From positions 83,082,001 to 83,146,000 of the forward strand of contig OZ076409.1 in assembly GCA_964187785.1 (NCBI GenBank): DNA of 64,000 nt, in the 5' to 3' direction. The stretch is from Amphiscolops sp. MND2022 (Eukaryota). Positions 59,650 to 64,000 of this stretch are shown here, piece after piece. The stretch's first letter is position 1. Each line of letters starts with the position of its first letter. Both the position numbers and the translations under genes were made by a program. The notes beneath the pieces are model-generated. The model made no database searches. It had not been told where the DNA came from and saw nothing but the letters and a program-made list of their open reading frames with translations.

Positions 59650-62540
59650 AATTGATTCATAAAATAGGTATTGGTATCTCGATTTTATAATTCGTCCAAA
59701 TCGATAAAAGGTTGACTCCAGGATTAGTTGCACCGAAAGGATTGTGCCGAGTTCAAGGCAGTCCTCCCGCCTGGAGAACAGCGCTAATCCAAGATTCCGT
59801 GACCGGTTACCTGTCCGTCGGCCTACAGTTAGTTCATTTTAAGCTAATGGCTTTAGAGTCACTTCTAGTACATTTTTCATTGACATTTCATACAAATCTG
59901 GCTATGACCTTTGTGGTTTACAGTCCAGCTCCACCTGTGCAGGGTAATACGAGCTGGTTTAAAGTGTTCTTTTTAGCATTGACAAATCTCTCCCCATATT
60001 TCATCTGTGTTTCGGAAAAACTGTATGCCTCGTTGATATCTTTCAGGCATGATTCCACCTGTGGGTTAAAATTTCAAACCTTCCAAAGTTGTATTTTGAA
60101 GAAAACGAATGGTCTAGTATTTGGATGTTCAGTCAAAATCAATTCCGCTTAGAGAATGTAAGCTCAAACTATGAAACCCACCAAGTTTGAATTATGTTAT
60201 ATGCACTGAACTACCCCTTATAACTGAACAATCAAATTTCGAAAACAATCAGGTCAATATCAGCTGCACGTCGAAACAAAATCCGCAAACGCTGTTATCC
60301 CAGGGTCCATTGGCTGGAATGACTAGTCTTGATTCATCTTCGGTTTTCGTAGTTTTTTGAACGGAAGACTCTTTTTCTAGCGAATGAGCCTATGGCTCGA
60401 TTTCCACATCAGAACAGACCTTTTTCATGGTGGAGGCAAAGGTGTTTCACTTTCATTGAGTAGCATTTGTGGATAGCCTCCCTTGTTACGCCTAAAGGAA
60501 TGAGACAGGCTTAATGGGCTATGCAGGGAAACCTTGTCGGTATTTTATGGGTTCGCACACATAGCGCACAGCTAAACCGTTGTGGATTTCAGTTTTTGTC
60601 AAATCAAAGTGATAGCGTTTGAAAGGCAGCGTATTAATCCAACAGAAAAACACTTGGTCTTCCAGTAGACTTTCGCACCGTTAGTAACAGGCTAGCCAGT
60701 GTCACTTTTTTCGTAAAATGATTTTAGGGTTCCGGAAAGTTCTCTGAAGTTGCAGGCCTAGTGCGGGATAGAACCAATAATTTGTAATGAAGTTCCCTAG
60801 TGAAAAACTGAAACGCGTTTTGTGTGGATATTTTAGCATGTTTGATTTGCAGGTTATTTGCAGGTTATTTTAGCAGGTTACTCGTTTTGCTCTTTAGGTT
60901 TGTGATCACTGCACGCTTATTCTGAAACTTATTAACGAGCCGATCACACGGTGTCCGTCGGCAGCCTCTATTTCACAGTTGCCAAACAGTTTTTGGCCTT
61001 CGTTGAAGTTCTCAGGTAGTGTGTACCCGAACACAGAGAGTGTTGTTTCAGTCTGTCGTGTATAAGCTTGAGGTCTTCGAGGCAACCTGAAACGTTACCG
61101 TCATCAGCATCCAAAAATCAATAAATGACCAAAATGCCAATCCTGTTCATCGCTATAGTAAGAGGACGTACCTGGGTTTGCGATTGCAATGGAATGCTTT
61201 TCTAATGACGAAAAAACTAGTCGTTGACTTGTTTGAAAGATCTAAAAGATCACAGTGTTGTAACTTCGATGGAGACAATTTTTCAGTGTTCCGCAGCAGG
61301 AGATTTCGGTTCAGGCTATTCAAAGGATCTTTGCGTCAGTAAGTAAAATACATTTAATTTTCAGTTTTACGAACTCGTTTCTGAGGCTGTTAAAGAACGT
61401 TCGATTCCACATTTGTGAAAGGAACACTGTTGCTGACTTTTACCTAGAGAACTTGAGATCATTTTGTATGCTTCGCAGTATGATTCGACCAATGATACCA
61501 ATTAGAATTTCTCTAACACAGATGGTTTTGCGCCTGGACTGTAATTCATTGTACCCGAGCGACACTACTCGAACTTTGAAAGGGGCGTTTTTCGATGGCG
61601 ATTCTTCCTGCGATGTGCGCGAGAGTGTGTGACTGCAACGATTTGTGGAAAATGGAAAACCAGCCCAGCTATCAGTCTTTGTCACTGCAGTTTTGGCTTT
61701 CGTGCTCCTTCATCGCGGCTCAACGGCAGCCTTGTCCGGTAAGATGCCGTTCGCCGTTTTGTCTACTTGACAACAGTGGTCGCACTGACTGACCGTTATG
61801 GGTTCCCTTTAAGATATCGAGTATCTGTATATCAATAAGTTCCCATCAAAGAAAGATTACTACGTTTATCGCAGTCGTTGATACAACTGGATGCATTCGA
61901 GATTTTTACCGCGGACACTGAGTTCGTCGTCATTTTTCCGAACTTCGGTTTTGTTTACGTTTTTGCAATGCTTCTGCCAATTGAAACAGTTCTGTTTCGC
62001 CTGTCAGCCTCATTCTGAGTCTTCTTGTGGTTACTTGGTTTCGAGATGTGTCAACTCAATGCTGGTTCCTTCCATAATCAAATAGGGAAAGCATTGCAGC
62101 TTGAATGGCTATGGTTCCTTTGCTATTGTGTCCCAGAGTGACGTTTTTCCAGAGACTATCAACCGTTCGTTATCCCTCTGATGGAAATCTCAGGAGTTGC
62201 TGTTTTTCAGCCGTGGACCCAATATTGTGTTGCATTGCGTTTGGTTTGTTCCAGTTGGACTGTTCATTTAGGGCGTATCTCGTTGACCTGTGTGTTTGAC
62301 TGCTTCGTCTGTTTCGGGTCCCGTGCAGCAAACGCAAACAAAACTATTGGACCTTTTCTTTGAAAGACCTCTACATCTTGTGTGAACGCAACAGCATACT
62401 CCTCGGGTTCGTGGAAGGGTATGGCAAATGCTACATAGTGTCTGATTGGTTGATATTTTGGAGGGGGAGCTGTCGTCATATATTTGCTTCTCAAGTAAGG
62501 GTTTAGATGAGAGAAAATTCCATAAAACTTCAAAATTTGT
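59650..62540 (-). mobile_element. Decayed CRE-clade non-LTR retrotransposon (RT + restriction-like endonuclease)
   Basis: Minus-strand remnants ICVREILIGIIGRII, ILLTDAK, DADDGNVSG, GHRVIGS, WINTLPFKRYHFDLTK, VCSDVEIEP and LVLPCTGGAG in the expected order. Confidence 0.7.
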
Positions 62541-62589
62541 TACATGTTCACTTGGGCTGAAATCATGTTTGAAAACGCGTGGCGGACAT

Positions 62590-64000
62590 TGTCGAAGTTA
62601 TTATTATAGCGTAGTCAGGTATGTTCACATACACGTTGTCATACCTGTTGGTATGGATTATAACGACTAAAGAATGAAGTCTCCACCAACCGACTGAAAC
62701 ATTTAAAACACAAACAGTTTAAACTTATGTAGATGCATACAATGGACGACTGTACTATGCAGTCGTCACACCAATTTCACCAATGTCACAAATTACCAGT
62801 GTGCTCCGACACTTTTTACATGAACATATTTTCATTTACCCTGTTTAGCAATAACGACTAAAATACACAGTCTTATTCAACAACCTTTATGTGCAATACA
62901 TGAAACTTTCACATAAACAACTGGCATATCCGGTTGTACCTTTACTTAAAAATACATGCAGTTTTTTAAATTTAAATCATCAATAGTCCAATTACCAGAG
63001 CATCGTTTAGTTCACCAATAGTCATTTTGTATCATTTAGTTCATAAATACTCAATCAGTCAAAACTTTGCGAAATTACCAGCAACGACTTCGATCAATAG
63101 TCGTTCATCGGTATTTAGTGCTAATTATAACAATATTACCGACGATCAAATGCAGTAATTATACTCAGTACTTCAATCATTAGTTCGCGTTGTGAAGTTA
63201 CAAGGTAAATGATGCATACTGGTGTGATAATAGAGTGAAAGTACCGACGTGGTAATTAACAACGACTGAAGTGACCAGTCGTACGAAATGTACCATGAGG
63301 TGCTAACAGCGGGTTAACCAAATAACCAGTTGAGAGGAGACTCAAATAATCAAGTGCGATTAGCAAGTAATTACGAGTTAAAAGGTGCTACTACAATTTA
63401 AAAAATCCAAAGAGAGAACATTGCTACTGTAGAAACCAGTCGTTACCTTAACAAGCGCTTTACAATATTCTGATTCTTAAACTTACACTTCATAATTCAA
63501 ACTGCTTCAAACTATAACTTTTCAATCATGGTAAATACTCGATCGAGATTTAATAGAGAAAGTAGAATCGAGCAATCTGGAACTAGTAGTTATTTCGATA
63601 ACGAAGACAACATGAGTGTTGCTGACCATTTCGGTGAAAATATCTTGGAAAACGAGACGGAAAATGACATGAGAGAGATAGAAAGAGATCACGAAAATCA
63701 TAGATTTGAACAACGATTCTTGGAAATGAATCGCCAAATTGGAGAATTTGCTAGCATTGTGAGAGCCCTTACTGATAGATTATCGAATAGTAGGGAAGAG
63801 AACAATCGAGACGTGCTTAACCAGAGACGTCCGCCCGTTCTGACATGGTGACAGGAGTCCTGGCGAACCCACCACCTACGCCCACCACGCAACCACCAAG
63901 AAGGACTCCACATTCATTACTTGATCCACAAATGGGAGAAGTCATGACCGAAATACAGCACCTCAGAACAACAATGACCGATGGAGTGATCCAGCCCAAA
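62590..64000 (+). mobile_element. 5' end of Gypsy element C: 5' LTR (62590-63845), PBS (from 63846) and gag start at 63528
   Basis: TGTCG...TGACA ends followed by TGGTGACAGGAG (same PBS as element B); ORF MVNTRSRFNR... starts inside the LTR. Confidence 0.8.

Noticed and set aside
61440..61685. RRKT-ICVREILIGIIG as an Env cleavage site and fusion peptide
   Set aside because: Better explained as the RPIGVGE..RRIIG motif of a non-LTR RT, with the other RT motifs following in order

Overview
Eukaryotic, AT-rich and transposon-dense DNA, most likely from an invertebrate animal. Roughly half the window is Ty3/Gypsy LTR retrotransposon. (1) 1-12273 (+) is the 3' part of a GC-rich Gypsy element. Its Pol (PR-RT-RNaseH-IN) continues, after repairing two 1-nt frameshifts, into a Cys cluster and two tandem TARG1/OARD1-like macro domains. 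A large second ORF (~1370 aa) with an SGNH-esterase-like domain follows, then a PPT and a 721-bp LTR. (2) 19004-36513 (-) is a complete 17.5-kb Gypsy element with a GCATG target-site duplication. Its gag starts inside the LTR, and it carries an antisense, intron-containing hAT-transposase-like gene, a 3' ORF with a RanBP2-type zinc finger that runs into the LTR, and a nested solo LTR. (3) A third related Gypsy element starts at ~62590. Also present are a decayed CRE-clade LINE, an older Gypsy relic, several DINE-1/Helentron-like repeats, MITEs and a foldback element. Host genes are a 3-exon EGF-like membrane protein, an acidic tandem-repeat protein and a candidate first exon. All domain calls are by-eye motif recognition; no database searches were run.
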